In this document: one piece after another, positions 1 through 15,857 of the stretch
Numbering within the stretch: the stretch's first letter is position 1
Layout: every line of letters starts with the position of its first letter
From: Chrysomallon squamiferum
Lineage: Eukaryota; Animalia; Mollusca
Assembly (NCBI GenBank): GCA_012295275.1
Contig: CM022676.1
Location: forward strand, 13,826,001-13,890,000
Direction: 5' to 3'
Length of the DNA: 64,000 nt
The notes under the pieces: generated by a model
Seen by the model: the letters and a program-made list of their open reading frames with translations, nothing else
Databases searched by the model: none
What the model was told of the DNA's origin: nothing
Position numbers and translations under genes: made by a program

Positions 1-159
1 GTGTGGATTATGGATTGGCTAAAGTTTTGTCCTGGTAAATTTGAAATAAGTTGTTTTAAATTAGTTTTGATTTTATAACTTCAACTTTAAAATTTCATTT
101 CAGTTTTGATTTTATTGAGAACCAAGAAGTAATATGTTTCTTACAAATAATCTCAGTGT

Positions 160-562
160 GTGTTTAAAACAGGGATGATATTGACTTCTATTTGATATAC
201 AACTAGACAATTCTTTTTCAATTTGTATTTATTTAAAACATGGATGCTACTGACTTCTATTTTATATACAACTAGACAATTCTTTATCAATTTGTATTTA
301 TTTAAAACATGGATGTTATTGACTTCTATTTTATATACAACTAGACAATTCTTTATCAATTTGTATTTATTTAAAACATGGATGTTATGGATGTTACTGA
401 CTTCTATTTTATATACAACTAGACAATTCTTTATCAATTTGTATTTATTTAAAACATGGATGTTACTGACTTCTATTTTATATACAACTAGACAATTTTT
501 TGTCAGTTTGTATTTATTTAAAACATGGATGATATTGACTTCTTATTTTATATACAACTAGA
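160..562. repeat. Minisatellite, ~6 copies of a 69-bp unit (one unit 78 bp through a 9-bp internal duplication)
   Basis: Unit aaaacatggatgttactgacttctattttatatacaactagacaattctttatcaatttgtatttattt starts at 166, 235, 304, 373, 451 and 520. This explains the 23-aa periodic ORFs on both strands. Confidence 0.95.
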
Positions 563-964
563 TGATCCTGTATCAGAAATTCGTTAATCTGAAGCTTTCT
601 GAGCAGTTGAAAAAGTGATTGTTTTCTGATTGTTTTGTAGTGTTTTACTTTCATTTATACTGAATAATCCAGAGCACAATTTAGTAAATGTATTTTTAAG
701 TAGTTATTGTTACAATCTATAATAATGAACATGATCTGTGTTAATCTTCACATAGAAATACATTTAGAAATGAGTATTTTCTCAGTAAACACAGCTGATA
801 CATATTCATTATTTCTGTGCAGCTGGTGACACTGTTTGTATGGAGTAATTGTTACTTCTGTCACTACTTACAAAACTGTGTGTTTTATGTGATTAGAGGT
901 AAACTGAGACTTTAGTAATCCTGGACCACATCTCATTATAAGTGAATACATAGAAGTACACTGC

Positions 965-1024
<60 letters not shown>

Positions 1025-3322
1025 GATGATGTTGTTGTAGTTGTTGTTATTATTCAAATCTTAATACAGACTAATTAAAAGATAAATACAACAATGTGGA
1101 ATAAAATGTTAAAATATATGGTAATACCAAACTTATAAAATGACACTTTTTGCTATGTTTATTTTAGTATTTTCATTGTTATGCATGTCTAGGTCATTTC
1201 TTTGTAACTGACAAAAGTAGTAGTATTTCTGTGCTACCTGTAAAAATTGGTGGAGATTACAGAAGTTCAAAGTCACCACATTGCATTTTATATCTATGTT
1301 AATTTTCATATGCTAGTATTTTTAGGATAATTTTTGTTCATTTCCATAATCCCAGGATTAGAAAAATGGAATCATGCCTATCACGGAATCTTCTAGATAT
1401 TAATGTATTTCTGTGAGAGACAATAGAAGCCCTGTTAGAAAACAATTGAGCTTAAGAAGAAAATGCCAAACTGAAGTTAATTTCTTTTGTTTCAATACCA
1501 CTTTCCACAGTTATATAATTAGCACTGAAGAATTTCTATTGATCAACTATTTTATATTCAGCACAATCCCAAGCAAGAGGAGTATTTTATAAAGCAAGAA
1601 TACCAAAATGTCACTGATGTTTCTGTCCCAGGTCAAGTATGTGTTAGTCAGTGTAAAAATATTACAAAAGTGTTTATCTGATGCACTGTATTACTTTATT
1701 TATAAGTTGTTGTTTTCTCATTTTCAGTTTGGAAGTATTTTATAATAGTCATAATGAGATTTGTTTTCATTTTCTAAACCTTGTCACACAGTTTTGTTTC
1801 ACTGGTGTTACTACTGGTGAAATCTGTGAGTTGAGAAATAACAGCCACTCCTAGTTGATCTTCCAACATGTAGATGTCAGCAAAGAAGTAGTACATGCAC
1901 AAGAATGATTCTGTTTTTCTAAAATATATCAGTAAAATGAACTGATGGTTTATTCAGTCTCATTAGTGTTGTTGTCATAAACCTGGGTCAGTTTGTCCTC
2001 TGTGGAGATGTCAGTCTTACAATAGTTTTATATTTAATCTTTCTGTGTCACTGTGTCTGTTACTAAATTTCTTTGATTTGAAACCTTGTCTTGTTTCCTT
2101 CTTCTTCAGTCATAATTATTATTTTATTCCTTACCTTCCTCTATCCTCTTCTGCCCCACTGCACAGTATTATTATTGCAATACATTAATTTAGATTCTAT
2201 AAATATTAAAAACAAATTTTAAAACTTGATTTTAAAAATTATTAAAATATTTTTTGCTATATATACTATATTCAAATATTAAATTTCTTTTTTTATTTAT
2301 TTTTTATTTATTTATTTATTGAAATATTTTAATTTACACTTAATTTTTCTTACATTTATAAGAAAAAATAAAAATTAAATAGTTAACTTGTATGTCTGTG
2401 TTCTTGTTTTATAATTAAAGCTGCATTATTGTTTTATTTATTTAATGTTCAGTGATAATTAATAGTGTGGCTTGAAATTCAAACTGAAGAATAAATTGCA
2501 GATATAAAACATTTCATAACATTTGCGTCATAAACTTACAAAGCCAAAAAAAAAAAAAACAAGAGGACAGCACACCAAAAAACATAATTTCATGAAGAAT
2601 TCAATCCAAGGTTTAAATTAGTTTTCTATTTCAGAAACAAATCCATTTGCCCATTACAGTATTCCATGTTATTACTGAATTTGTTATTATTCTTAAATTT
2701 TTAATTCTCTTTTTTTATTTGTAGGAACTCAGAAGTTAGGGAAATGAAATTCTTGATTATTTGGACATCCCTGGAAACCCTGTTGGTCTTTTCAAAGATG
2801 TCACAGAAAGATCTCTGGCCTTGTTAATGGAAATGTGAGTGGATTTGCTAGAAATGTTGTCATGGTGTTTCTAATTCTGCAGCAAAGTTAGTTGTAACAG
2901 TTCTCTGTATTACCTCTCTTTGAGGGAATGATATTTCATTTAATCTTAAATCAAAGTTTTAATGTTTTAACTAAAAATCTTACTATAATTTTGCACCTTG
3001 TAAATAAAATGATATAAAAACTTGTGACTTAAAATGTATGACTAGAAAATTACATTGTAAAATTACTAAATACTTTCATTATGATGTTTTGATAACCATA
3101 CAAATCCAATCTTGACTTCGGTGAATGAACTGTTTTATACTGTTAAACAAAGAAGCATTTATTTAAGTATTTTGGTAACTTGTTATGGTAATTGATGCAG
3201 TACTTCTCTCCAGAAGCAAAATCAAAGAAATTATCATACATTAATATTGTTCTTAGCATAATATTTCATCATTTCTTTATTATTATTATTACTCTTTTTT
3301 TCTTTATTTATTTATTGTTCTT

Positions 3323-3356
<34 letters not shown>

Positions 3357-3507
3357 CATGAAATTAATACATTTTACATTATTTCAAGATTATGAGTATC
3401 TTGTGCAGGTAGCAGTTCTATATTTGACAGGTACAATATCCATGGAAACCAATACACTCAGACAAGCGAGAAAGGGAGGTAATTCCTCAGGTGTCATTGC
3501 AGCAGGT

Positions 3508-3790
3508 TTTAAGAATCTGTGATATGAAACATTGGTTTTACACTCTTCATGCAGAATTCCAGGACTTCATGTACCTGTTGTTTAAATGCTCCTTCAAAAC
3601 AAGACTCAAGCTACGTATGTCTCAGTCTTTCAACTGTTGAAGATTGAAGCAGAACAAAACTTTAACCTGAAGCCACAGATTATCTAGACTGACTTTGAGA
3701 AAGATGTCTCCAGTGCAGCAATGAAAGAGTTCAAGGAGATTGTTTTTCAGCAGTGCCCAAGTTCTGTGAAGGAAGATTCAGCATATTGGT
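3508..3790 (+). mobile_element. Decayed MULE (Mutator-like) transposase fragment
   Basis: Manual translation with stops and frameshifts: RICDMKHWFYTLHAEF / HVPVV*MLLQNKTQATYVSVFQLLK..PQII*TDFEKDVSSAAMKEF..C / AQVL*RKIQHIG. This matches the MULE motifs YTIH, PLVYxLLxxKTxxTY, TDFE and WRKIQxxG in the correct order. Confidence 0.8.
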
Positions 3791-4476
3791 CACACAAAAA
3801 AAATTCTGGTAACAGTAGTGTAAGATTTACAGGCACCTAGTTAAAGTTCTTAGTGATTAGGTAAAACAAACTAATAATAGTTCTCTGTCTTAATATACTA
3901 ACAGATTAGTCTCAAACTTTCCTTTCATTTATATATATTCTATAAAAAAAAAAAATGTCTTCAGCTATTTTACACCTAATATCAAACTATATTATAGTAC
4001 AAATTAATTATTTACTTTTTTATTTGGTTTATGTTCAATTAATTATTTTTCTGAGGATTTAGATTTTAGATTAAAATAAACTAATGTAGTAATAACTATA
4101 TTAATTCACACTGCAGGAAACTGTATTCATACTGGTGAAAATACTGTTTATTAATGTTTAGTTACTTTTTTTTTTTTTAAATATCTGTTTAATTTATTAT
4201 ACATCCTTTCTAAGTTTTAGTTGTAGAGTTCATAACAGTTAATAATGATATTAATCAAAAATATTTATATTTATTACAGGGATTCTTGAAAGGAGCTGGT
4301 TGATAATGGAGTTATTGAAACTGTGTTCAATTCTGTTTCAGCAATGTTTGATTTGACGTCAGCTCTAAATTCCAATCACAGACAGAACCCAGCTTGAATC
4401 CATCCCCAGAGATGTTGCTGTGTTCTGGTGGGTTGCTTCGAGCATATTCAAGTCCACAAACAGAGTTCAGCAGCTG

Positions 4477-4630
4477 CAGTTGTCAGTGGTAATATTTTTA
4501 CTCATAGTTTTAATATGTTAATGATGCACAACACAACTGAGAGGTAAGCTGCTCAGTTGTTAGTGGTAATATTTTTACTCATAGTTTTAATATGTTAATG
4601 ATACGCAACACAACTGAGAGGTAAGCTGCT
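4477..4630. repeat. Tandem duplication, 2 x 77 bp
   Basis: cagttgt(c/t)agtggtaatatttttactcatagttttaatatgttaatgat...ctgagaggtaagctgct starts at 4477 and 4554. Confidence 0.9.
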
Positions 4631-5194
4631 TTCTCAAATGTTTTCATTAATACAGCATCTAGGCTTTTAAAGCAATCTGTGTTAAAAGGTGAATATAAAC
4701 ATGATATGAGACATTAAACTCAAAAGATGATTGTCTTCGTATACTTATTTTTTATTTTTGGTTATTTTTATTTTTATTTTTATTTACTTTTTTGTTTAAC
4801 TATAGATAGATAGATATAAAGATATCATATATGTTTTATTATTATTTTACATCTCATTTGGTTGTTCTTTCTTTATAATTAATTTGTATATTTATTTTTA
4901 CTTTTTTTTATTCTTTTTACTTTTAATTATATATTTAATAAGAAAAAATTGTTGTTTTATTTTATTTATTTATTTTTTGAATTCCTTCAGAATCAGTGAT
5001 ATAAATAATTTGTCTTTGTTAGAATCCAGTGTCAGATCAGCCCAGGAGACAGTCTACTACTCTGAGCTGACAACAAAAACAGAGGAAGAATTTTCTGTGA
5101 AACATCCAGTCAGATGTGAGAAGTCAGCCATTGATTAGGAAGTGACTTTAGATGTAGTAACTTAGACAGTCATATTAATATTTTAAGTGATACA

Positions 5195-5465
5195 TTAGTA
5201 TATTGAAGACTAAAAAAGTGAACGTTACTTTATAAAAATGTTAAGATTTTGCCAATTTTGAGTTTATTGATCCCAGTGTTTCTTAGTTTATAAAGAGCAT
5301 ACATTTAGATTAAGTAAGTGGAATACACACGTACACAGTCATGTTAGCACTTTCAATGTTATCTTAGTATATTGTTATCAAAAAAGTGAATGATACTTCA
5401 TAAAATTGTTCAGATTTTCGCCAGTTTTGACTGTATTAATATCAGTGTTTATTAGTTTATAAAGT
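5195..5465. repeat. Diverged direct repeat, two ~100-bp copies about 170 bp apart
   Basis: ttagtatattg..aaaaaagtgaa..ataaaa.tgtt.agatttt..cagtgttt.ttagtttataaa at ~5195 and ~5364. Confidence 0.7.
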
Positions 5466-8400
5466 AACAGAATTTCCCCTAATTATATAATACAGCTTCT
5501 AAACAACCCATGGACGTCTACATACTCTCTGCTATTTAGTTTTTATGTAGTACCCCCATTACCTGACATTAATTAGCTAAACATATAAATATGAATTTAT
5601 AAACATGATTATATACGATACTAAATAAATATTACCGTATTATAATAATAAACAAATATAAATTGTATTAGTCATTCTGCTTTAAAAGGGCACATCAAAA
5701 CAATCTCATATGAAAATTCCTGGACCAATCGGGCATGAACTGCCCCTTTATTGGAACACGGGATTTCGTTCCCAACTCTGACTGTTGATCTTTAGCAGTG
5801 ACCCGCACTGATTTGCTGGATTTCTGTTCCAGTATACCGAGGACATGATCAGCAAGACACTTTTCACAATGCTTAACTTAAGAGACTTTTGTTTATTTAT
5901 TTATTTATTTATTATTTTATTATTTTATTATTTTTTTCTTTTCCTTTTATAAATAAATCGTTTTCGCCTTGGACGTATTTTCTAATTTTTAAACATGAAC
6001 AACCTAACGACATCTATCTGAATCTGTATGTTTTGGCGGGTAAGAAAAGAAGAAAGACATGTCGTTTCATTCCCTGTGTTAGAGTCAACGATTCTTTGTT
6101 AACATTAAAGAAAGAGACAAGATGCCAAGTTAATTTTGGTCACTAATTTCTTCTTTAAGTGCTGTTATCGAATTCTAGATAATCCTGTGGTTTAAATGTG
6201 TTATCTTTCTACAGTAATAATTAAGTAAGTCAGATGAAGATGTGAGTGTATTATATTATCACGTAACAAGTTTAAAAAATACTTAGTTTGAACAGTGATG
6301 TAGAGATGATTACTCAAACTGTTTTACCAAATTTACAACTCCATGGTCTATTATCTGCTCTGTTGATATCACTGATGTTCAATGTATAATCTTGTTAATC
6401 AGAAATATATTTTTATCCAAAATTATATTTTTAAGAGTGTGGATTTTGATTGTGCTCATAGTTCTAACTGGAGCCCTGAATTAATACAATTAATCCATAG
6501 CTAAATGAACTAATTTTATGACAAATACATTGTATAGACTAGATTTATATACCAAAATGAATTGAATACGTATATTTCCAGTGGCTTCTTCTAATGCTTT
6601 AGAATATATTTGTGATTATAACTCAGGTGAGACACTGAAAAAGACAAAGAAACTAATAAGACAAACACATCGAGAACAATACTAGAACCAGCAGCAACGA
6701 CAAAATGTATAAATACTAATAATCAGTGTAGATAACAAGATGAAGATGATGATGATGATGATATTGAAATAAAATTAATCATCACATAATATAATCTGGA
6801 AATGTGTTGCACCTAAAACTATAAATAGTAAACAACAACGACGATGTTCATAAAATCAACGACAGCAATGACAAACATTTTTATACTTTTCCTTGTACTA
6901 CTTGTGATAACAGTAGAATAAATAGAACAGTACTAATAGCTAAAAACGTTTCAGTAACAGTAGTAATAGTAATGCCTGCAATAATAGTACTTGTACTAGT
7001 AATAGTAGTAATAGTCGTAAAAGTAGTTGAACAAATAACAATATTAGTAACAGGATTTGTGTCATTTGAAATAGTAGGAACAGAATAAGTGGTAATAACA
7101 ATAGAACCAGTATTAATATTATCGTTAATAATAAAACAGCAGAAACAGTAAAAGAGGTATTAAAATTAGTAGATGTAGTTGTAGTAAAATAGTAGGAACA
7201 CTGTCAAAAGTATTAGCAATATCTGTACAAATAGTAGTAGTTATAGGAGTACTAAAGTAAACCTAGGTAGTAGTTGTTGCGGTAATACTGATTTAGACAC
7301 ATCACATTCTTTTTTCATAGTGTCATTAATCCTCACATTTTAAACATTAACTGAAGCAAACACAGATTACAACTTTCAGTAAGACACATGAAACAAGAGA
7401 AAAAAAACATGTAAAATAAAAAAAATCTAAGTCAAAATGAAATACAGTATTTTTAATGGCAAAATCACATCAAAATGCTGAGATGCTGCTGAAAGCTAAT
7501 TTAAAGGCAACTTTCTTGTCACACAGAATGAAAGTAACAAAAAGGGCTGAATATATATATATATATATATATTTGTCATCTTTCACTTCCTTGTCTGTGA
7601 TCTGCAAGAATTATTACGATTAAAACTTGGAAAGTGAAACAGGATTCGGTGTATACAAAAATGTTTGTGTTGTTTTAATGAGTCTCTGTATCTGTGTGCG
7701 CATGTGTGTATGTATGTGTTGTACATGTGTGTATTTGCGTGTATGTGTGTATATGTGAGTATATGTACCCGTGGACGTGTGTAAGTGTGAGTTTGTATAT
7801 TTGTGTGTTTGTATTTGCATGTATGATAATTGTTATTAATTTGGCTTTAAGAGATATAGAAAATTAAATACATAAAGATATGCTGAACAAATTGAAATTG
7901 AGGAGAGAGAACATGCTTAATATACTGTTTTGCTTATTTCACTTTGTATATTAATTCATTCTTTAAAACACTGAGTTAAAGTAAAACTTACGGAGATATA
8001 TCTACGATGATGTACAGTTGATTTATGTAGCCTTGTTTTCACTATAAGCAAGCCTTCGATTCACTGCAAAGTTTTTGCATGTGTATATATAAAACCTTAT
8101 AGCATGTGCATAGGGAAATCGCCGTAAAAGAAGTGGCTCTATTTAAAATTATTTTATTTCTGTGCTGTTTATATGTTTAATAGCTCGCAGGCTGCATGTT
8201 TTATTACATATAATCTGACTGTATATAATATGAATCGTGTTTTGCCGATCTCTATCAGACAGGCGACTGTTTTGCTTTCAAAATTCTTGCGAGAACGGCG
8301 AATTAAGAATCCTTAATCCTAAACTATACTAGATAACGGAATAATGTACTTAGAGGTATTGGTAGAAAGGAGAATTAAAAGCTAATGATTTTCGTAAATA

Positions 8401-9943
8401 TCATAAAATCATTATTTGTGTTTATTGATAAGCCCCATCAGCAAATTTCAATAATGGTCAGATGAGAGATATCATACGTATCACACCTTTAGTACATGAA
8501 ATGCTGGTAGTTTTGTTTTTTGTAGTAATAGTTATATTTGTAAACTGTGTTTGTGCAAAGTAAAATCTTGGTTTTGTAATTCCTTTCAAGGTAATACTTA
8601 ACATAAAACCCCAACATTTTAAAGAACCCTCACTGGATGTTACTGATGACATGACATTTTCCTTCTAAATCAACCAAAAAATAATACTGATTAAATCATT
8701 CTTTTTTTAGATGTTTAAAGTAGCCTCTCTGAATAAGTTAATGCATGTTTAGCAACATGATCCAGTCATTGTAACGTTTTGCTTCACTTCTTTCCGTGTC
8801 ATCAGTCACATCCGATCACACTGATGTTGCTTTTTAAATAATGACCTCTTATCAGCAACAAATGGTTTCAAAATATCTTCTACTTCTAAAATTTATGAAC
8901 AATAAAAGTAAGACTTTCCATTAATATTAGAATTTCCACTTAAAAATAATTTTCAAAATAGTTCCTATGTGTCACATGTCAAGGCTCAGCTTTTGAGAAT
9001 GGGTTATTATATATATGTGTGTATGTGTGTAAGCACGCGCGCATTCGTGTGTGTTTCCTGCATGAACTCACCTCCTGTATTTGCTGTTCAGAAAATAAAT
9101 ATGAATAACGAATGACCGACTGACACCACTTGCTTTGTTTTATTCCTGACAAAATTTCTGTAATGATTAGAATGTAGCTTACAGTGCACTACACGTTACA
9201 CACATATCAGTAACACCATCAATGTCTTTATGTTTTACACTGTGTGGATAAAAAGAAACACATTATTATTATTATTATTATTATTATGATTATCATCATC
9301 ATCATTGTTATTATTATTGTTGTTGTTGTTATTATTGTTATTATTATTAGAACTATTTGATATTAAAAACAATGACAATGGAAAGTAATTTTATTTTGTA
9401 CTGTAGCGTTTAAAATCATCACGATACGAACGAGTGAACTGAAAGATCATGAAAAGCAGCGAAGCAATAATTTCCATTATTCATACTGGCTTGTAGGACG
9501 TTTTTATAGTCATGATTGACAAAACATTAATTCAAGATATCAATAAGCGGCGTAAATCTACAGAAAACAATTTTAAGATACTGAAAGAAAAGATGTACAT
9601 TGTTTCCAAGGGCTGTCTTTAATTTTACAAAAGCTGTGTTAATGTATAAAACACGATAAGTATTCTCATTTTAGAGTATATATATATACACACGCACGCA
9701 CACACACATATATAGACTACATTCATAATTCAGATGCACACATAAAAACCCACACAAAGATGGACACTATGACGAAGATAAATAATCTCGTCTTCAGTTA
9801 ACGCAAAACCCGATTATCTATAAAACTGTGATTCATTAGAGACATTTGTTTTACGTATACAAACATAAAGTATTTTAGTAAAATAATATTTTTTTCATAT
9901 CTAAACTTGAGATTATCTACTTTTATATATGAGATACATAATT

Positions 9944-11444
<1,501 letters not shown>

Positions 11445-12317
11445 GATGTGTTGTTGTTAAACACAGACTGAGAACAGAATACAGATATCAAGTGTAGTTA
11501 TAGGATCTGCTCTGTCTAGTATCTGTTTGTTTATTTCCTAATCTAACCAGTACTCCAACCAAAATATTATGTAACAAATGTTAAATGTTAACATAACAGT
11601 AGAAAAAGCCAGTACATAGGCAAATTTTAACCTGGAATCCTGTCTCAGGACATGACTTATTATTCTACAGGTTTGTCTATTACACAGTTTCTGCAGAAAA
11701 GAAAGAAAAATATAACAAAACAAAACAAAAATGAATAATAATACTTCATACATTTATTTGTTTATCTATATGGTTCATTTGTTTACATTTTAACCAGAAA
11801 TTAAATAAAAAATAAACCAACTGAACATCCAGAAAAAACCCAGAGAAAAACCCAGGAAAAAGCAAAGAAGATATTTATGAATCTGCGTTTTATTTATTTA
11901 TATATCATACAAACATAAATGAACAGACATACACTTCATAATATTATGTTAGAAAATATTAAAAATATTATAATTTACTTATATTTTTCATATCTATCTT
12001 AACACAAGAAAATGGATAAACAAATCAAATAACAGTTCTTACTGTGATGTCCAACAATCAGTAGATACATAATATATCTACATCAATCACTTAATAAAAA
12101 ATGCATAAAGAACAACAACAGCAATGACAATAATAAAGCAATCGGATATTTATGTACACTATAGACAGATAATCCATTACAAAGTTTCAAATCAAATGTA
12201 TGACGTCATCCCTGCTATTGGAATACATCAGAAATAAAAAACGTAAATAAATAAATAAAACTAAAAATATTACCCCAGTGATGACTAACACTGACAATAT
12301 TTGAACGATGTTGTTTT

Positions 12318-13452
12318 TTACACTGAAAATAACAAAGCAGGTATTTGTCCTGTCTTCACATGCGTACGAAGTTCTCCGCGACTGTGTTTAGATCTCTTTG
12401 ACTCAGAAAATCTACAAACAAAAGAGTCTACAACAATTTCAGATTTACCTTCAACTCCAAGCTCTGTGTATCCTTCCTCAATATTAACAAACAAGCTGTA
12501 GTCAGTGTCTTTGGTAATCTTCACAGGACATCTGAACATGACGTCATACACGTCAGACACATGTTTATATCTCTGGCCCAGTGTAGATCCGTTCATTATT
12601 TTGTCTGTTCTTGTGTCAGTGACGAAGGCGCTGACGTCGTAGATACGCGTTTCAGAGACGCCGTACAACTGAAATCCGCGCAGAAAAGCGTTTTTGTTGA
12701 CACAGAAAGTAATGGCGTCAAATTCTTTACCAGAATATCGCAGATAGTATCTACGTAGTCTAACTAGCCGGTTTATTGTAATCTGTTTTCCACGACTCAC
12801 TCCAGTTTTCATATTCCAGTTAAAAGGTGAAACATTTTCATCACTCTTCATCCAGTGTTTGAAAATCTTCTTTTGTTTTGTTTTAGTTCTCATGTTTGAG
12901 TTAAATGGTGGAACATCTTCATCTGAATAAAGGAAATATTTGAAAATTATGCATACTTCTTTCTCAGTGAGTATGTTAGTGGGTCTGACCTGTTTTACAA
13001 AATACGTCTGATCGAGTAATGGACACCGCACGTGATTCACTGCCTCTCCCAGTACTTCACGTCTGTTTTCTCCACTTCTTTGCTTTCCCTCTGCCCTGCA
13101 CGCGCTGTCAGCCCACTTCAAAGCGGCTTCAAAAACATTTTCCTCCTCTGCTGTCAGTTCGTCTGATCGTACGATCTCAACCAGACATTCGTGACAAAGA
13201 TCGGTGACTTCATCTGACTTCAAAACTTCGTCGCCATTTTCCAGAATGTAGTCCAGAGCTTTCTTTCTTAGATCACGTTTATTAAACAGGTGAGCTGGTT
13301 CCAGCACGACGCATGCATTTTCTGACGACAACGACGACTCCAAATATTACACACACTGCTGTTCGAGTGTTGTGATGAAGTACTTACTCGACAGATACAG
13401 CAGACCGATGACATTGTTGCCTGTTAGGACGACGTCATCCGTATAAAGATAT
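12318..13452 (-). CDS. BTB-BACK-PHR gene, coding exon 2 (end of BTB, BACK, PHR); contains the 341-aa ORF
   Basis: Acceptor ttttacacag|ATAT restores the BTB motif FLRYLYTD. The frame continues into ORF 12318..13343 after one TAA. Confidence 0.88.
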
Positions 13453-13658
13453 CTGTGTAAAATAATGATTAGTAAGACTTATAAACGAGACATAATTATG
13501 AGAGCTTAAAAATAATTAGGCTACATTACTAACAGAAACTGTATTGTTATCAATTCCCGTTCCTCACTGTTTTCGTACATGTGTCTGTTAATGTGTGTGT
13601 GTGTTTCTGTGTGTGTTTATGTGTCTGAGTGTTTGTTTGTTTTGATTCGTTAACAAAC

Positions 13659-13915
13659 CTTAAGAATTCAGTGAAAATGTCTGGCTCCACATCAGGTATT
13701 ATAATATCACTTTTTTCGCGAAGTTCTCCTGTGAACATCTTCTGGAAAACTTCGCTTCGTATGATGAGTATAAACTGATGCGCTTCTATAGCCGTTTTGT
13801 GTTCTCCCACTAGAAATCTAACGTCGCTGTCTTTTCTAGTACGAAAAACGTGTTGAATCAATTTCATTATCTGTTTTCCTCTCTGCCCACTAGAGATTGC
13901 AGCTGAAGTTGCCAT
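13659..13915 (-). CDS. BTB-BACK-PHR gene, coding exon 1 (N-terminal part of the BTB domain)
   Basis: ATG at 13915 is preceded by the acceptor ttctag|tcaaaac (exon start 13922). Donor AG|GTTTGT, phase 2. Confidence 0.88.
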
Positions 13916-13931
13916 GTTTTGACTAGAAGTA

Positions 13932-14014
<83 letters not shown>

Positions 14015-14510
14015 TAATGATAATAACAACAACAACAACAATCCTGTGGTATTTAGGATTTGTTAAATTTGTTAAATTCACTGTTAATACAGCGTCTGCT
14101 TATAAGTGCTGAAATAAACAGTAAAAATATGAAATTATTTACATTTGTCTACATTGTGAGCAGATAAATTATTTCTATAACGACAATAAACATAAACTCG
14201 ACACCAACAACCGAATTACTTCGAATAAACAAAAGAAAAAGGAAATAGAAACTAATACAAGTACATGACAGAATGTTATTATTATTAAATTTTTTATGTG
14301 AACGTTCCAAACACCAGAACGACTACTAAAATTTCATTACAAAACCTTTCCAAGTCAGGACGTACGCAACGTTTTTTAATGTCAATATGAAAAAGACATC
14401 ACACTATACTGATCTATTTGTTAGAAATCTAGCTCAAACATATCTTAAAACTATAATCAAACTAAGAAAACTCAAATCGGTAAAACATAGTACAATATAA
14501 AATATCATAC

Positions 14511-14570
14511 GCTTTCAGTATGGGCGACTCGTTTTACTTCTGCTTTGTGCACACGTGGCTGACGTCTTTG
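14511..14570 (-). promoter_or_regulatory. Candidate promoter and non-coding first exon of the BTB gene
   Basis: Locally CpG-rich patch with CACGTG (14552-14557) and TGACGTC (14560-14566), followed on the minus strand by a donor-like aagc|GTATGA at 14510. The acceptor before the BTB ATG suggests an upstream exon. Inference only. Confidence 0.3.
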
Positions 14571-15738
14571 TCGTCGTCAAGTGTCACTTTGTCAGGTTTG
14601 AATGTCAGATTAAAGTAAACAAATCGTGCTAAGAGACATGTACACTGATCTTACACACATTTTCCCTCAAAGTAGATTAGATTAATTTAATGTTGTCCTG
14701 TTTGATTGCAGTGTTTACATCTGTGTTATGAAATGCGTATAATAATAATAAAAAATAATAATAAAAAACAGGGAAAATAAGTAGAATTACCTATATATAT
14801 ATTTGCTTGTTGTTTAGTAATATTATTATTTACTTTTTTAAATATATTTCTATTTTCATTTGTTTATTATTTATTGTTTCTATGCAGGCGTGTAAATGTT
14901 TTATTTATTTTGTACTATTTACTATTTTATATATTTCTCTCTTTCTCTCTCTTATTAAGTTGACTTGGTACTAAAGTAATCTTTATCTCTAGGTAATAAA
15001 ATTTAGACAACTAAGTAAACTTTAGTGTTCACAAAACAGATTAGATTTCTCTGTCTCTATTTTAGTTGATTTTGTAATAAAGTAATCTTTATCTAAGGGT
15101 ACTTAATTTAGACAACTAAGTAAACTTTAGTCTTGATAAAACACATTAGTTGGTCATGTTGTCAGGAACACGTGTCTCAAAAAAATAGCTGAAGAGAGAC
15201 GACAAACATGTCAAAACTTGTCGAAGAAATATTCAGTCTTTCAGTACAGAATCTAGTTATTCATATGGAAACAAATTTAAATAGATGAAGCACAGAAAAT
15301 TTACAATAATAAACAATGAAAAATTTGATCACCAAAAATTAATGTTATAATTATCTGAATTTTATTTCAAATATTCTAAATTACATTAAACAAAATAATT
15401 TCTCTGTAACTAGTGTTATCTTGAGTACCAACTAAGATTAAAGATTTATTTCAGGAAGTGTTTTATCTGTGTCAGTCACGCGGTCAGCAGGTTCTTGGAG
15501 AGAGAAATATTTGATATCAAAATGAGGTCTGTACTCTTATCAAGTCACTGTATTGTTAGAAAATTACTTATAACAGTGACATTAGACATTCTGACTATTT
15601 TCTGTTGTCGTATAACTCATATAGACATGAAAATAAATCTTTCTTAAAAATAGTAATATTCAACTGTCTTGATGATTTTTTCGCAATCTGCAATAACTTT
15701 AGATTCTGCAAAAGGGGAAGTGATAGGGCTGCTTGATC

Positions 15739-15857
<119 letters not shown>

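Larger units (their letters stand above)
12318..13915 (-). pseudogene. BTB/POZ-BACK-PHR protein gene (BTBD2/3/6-like Cullin3 adaptor family), ~463 codons, 2 coding exons, one premature stop (pseudogene, null allele or base error)
   Basis: Exon 13915-13659 gives MATS..SDVRFLVG..AHQFIL..RSEVFQKMFTG..IPDVEPDIFTEFLR. GT-AG intron at 13658-13453. Exon 13452-12318 gives YLYTDD..BACK (EENVFEAALKWA)..PHR (DAITFCV..GFQLYG..GQIPALLFSV*). In-frame TAA at 13349-13347. Confidence 0.9.

Noticed and set aside
153-561. Repetitive ORFs on both strands, and a CRISPR-like look
   Set aside because: Pure 69-bp tandem repeat (a multiple of 3) with no unique spacers, no cas genes and a eukaryotic context
6900-7290. 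Cryptic repetitive stretch
   Set aside because: Degenerate (AGT/AAT)n low-complexity DNA with no higher-order period
13916-14041. Poly-Leu signal-peptide or TM-like N-terminus on the BTB ORF
   Set aside because: Translation of an intronic (TTA)n microsatellite upstream of the acceptor at 13923
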